Below, in pieces: positions 43,663 through 43,984 of a stretch of 43,984 nucleotides of DNA (positions within the stretch are counted from its first letter, which is position 1; the number at the start of each line of letters is the position of its first letter). Below the pieces are notes generated by a model. That model did no database searches. It saw only the letters and a program-made list of their open reading frames with translations, and had not been told where the DNA came from. The translations under genes were made by a program, and so were the position numbers. This stretch comes from a virus (lineage: Duplodnaviria; Caudoviricetes): IMG/VR virus record IMGVR_UViG_3300044652_000002, positions 1-43,984 of that record, one strand, 5' to 3'.

Positions 43663-43984
43663 TTCTCCCCCAAAAGAGCTTTCGCGGCTTCCTTAGTCTT
43701 GAAGTGCTCCTCGCGCGTCGTCATAGTCGATGCCATGCGGATGACGCGCTCTGCTTCCTGCTCTAGTGCAGCGTTGGGCAACGCAGCCAGTTCCTTCTCC
43801 ATCTTGGCCGCGAAATCGCGCATCAGCAGGAAGGCGACCTCCCATCCGTTCACGTCGTCGCCGTAGTCCAGCCCGAGCAGTCGCTTGTGCTCCTCGGCGG
43901 TGCGGGGCGCATCGGCGGGGACGAAAATGGATGTTCCTGCGTCAGGCAGCGCAGGACGGCGCGCCGCGTCCACGCAGGGCTTGC
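43659..43984 (-). CDS. 3' part of the alternative allele of the mosaic protein at 10-888 (runs off the window end)
   Basis: Same flanking peptides with a different 51-aa insert. Confidence 0.8.
   Translation of the reverse strand, partial: KPCVDAARRPALPDAGTSIFVPADAPRTAEEHKRLLGLDYGDDVNGWEVAFLLMRDFAAKMEKELAALPNAALEQEAERVIRMASTMTTREEHFKTKEAAKALLGEK

Larger units (their letters stand above)
38995..43954. repeat. Array of degenerate 28-bp 11-6-11 module-boundary sites (right part)
   Basis: 38995 TCTACCCTTCG-TTCAGG-GAATAGGAGAT; 39232 GCGAATGCCGA-CCGTAT-GGCCGACGCAA; 39842 TGCTCTCGTGT-GCGGCG-GATAGTTCGTC; 40038 TCTCCGCTTCG-N7-CGAAGTTCGTC; 40293 ACGGATGTTCA-TCTCCA-CACGGGAGCAA; 40553 CCGGATGTTCT-ATGTCG-TGAAGTTCACC; 40697 GATCCGCTTCT-GTGGAA-GCGGCATTTAC; 41469 CTGCGTTGCCC-TTTGGA-GAAACATCCGG; 41818 CTGTCCTTTCC-TATCTG-CGGCAACTATC; 42151 AAGCGTTGCCC-CTCTCC-GGGGAGGGCAG; 42907 TGCTCCTTCCT-TGCGGA-AGAAGGGGATG; 43103 TTTCCGTTCTC-CGTGGG-AGGGAACGTAT; 43520 TGCTCCTTCCT-AGATGA-GATAGCGGAGC; 43633 CTCGATGCCGT-TGGCAA-GTATCTGGTTC; 43759 TGCTCTAGTGC-AGCGTT-GGGCAACGCAG; 43927 ATGGATGTTCC-TGCGTC-AGGCAGCGCAG. 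Confidence 0.75.

Noticed and set aside
38995-43954. CRISPR array or classical integron attC array
   Set aside because: The repeats are degenerate, irregularly spaced and in both orientations. There are no cas genes, no RYYYAAC...GTTRRRY long hairpins, and no IntI-type insertion was seen in the integrase

Overview
The window is an essentially complete ~43.6 kb temperate phage genome with lambdoid gene order and a podovirus-type virion module. It appears circular or excised, because attP is intact and the ends overlap. The host is probably a proteobacterium (inferred only from gene families and GC content). Gene order: leftward accessory array (1-3650, continuing from 38995-43984), ssb/erf, cI/cro with operators, replication genes, ninB/ninG/Q, a sugar-modification cluster around the terminase genes, portal/scaffold/capsid/tail-tube/ejection/tail-fibre genes, lysis genes, attP, a full tRNA-Thr(CGU), integrase and xis. 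The most striking observation is that the accessory array between ssb and xis is cut into gene-sized or domain-sized modules by about 25 degenerate 28-bp sites with an 11-6-11 (dif/pdif-like) layout. These sites are built by combining a few recurring half-sites. The two contig ends carry two alleles of one gene in which a module has been swapped in frame exactly at an arm/spacer boundary. This is a candidate site-specific cassette and domain-shuffling system. All protein calls come from motif recognition by eye, not database searches.
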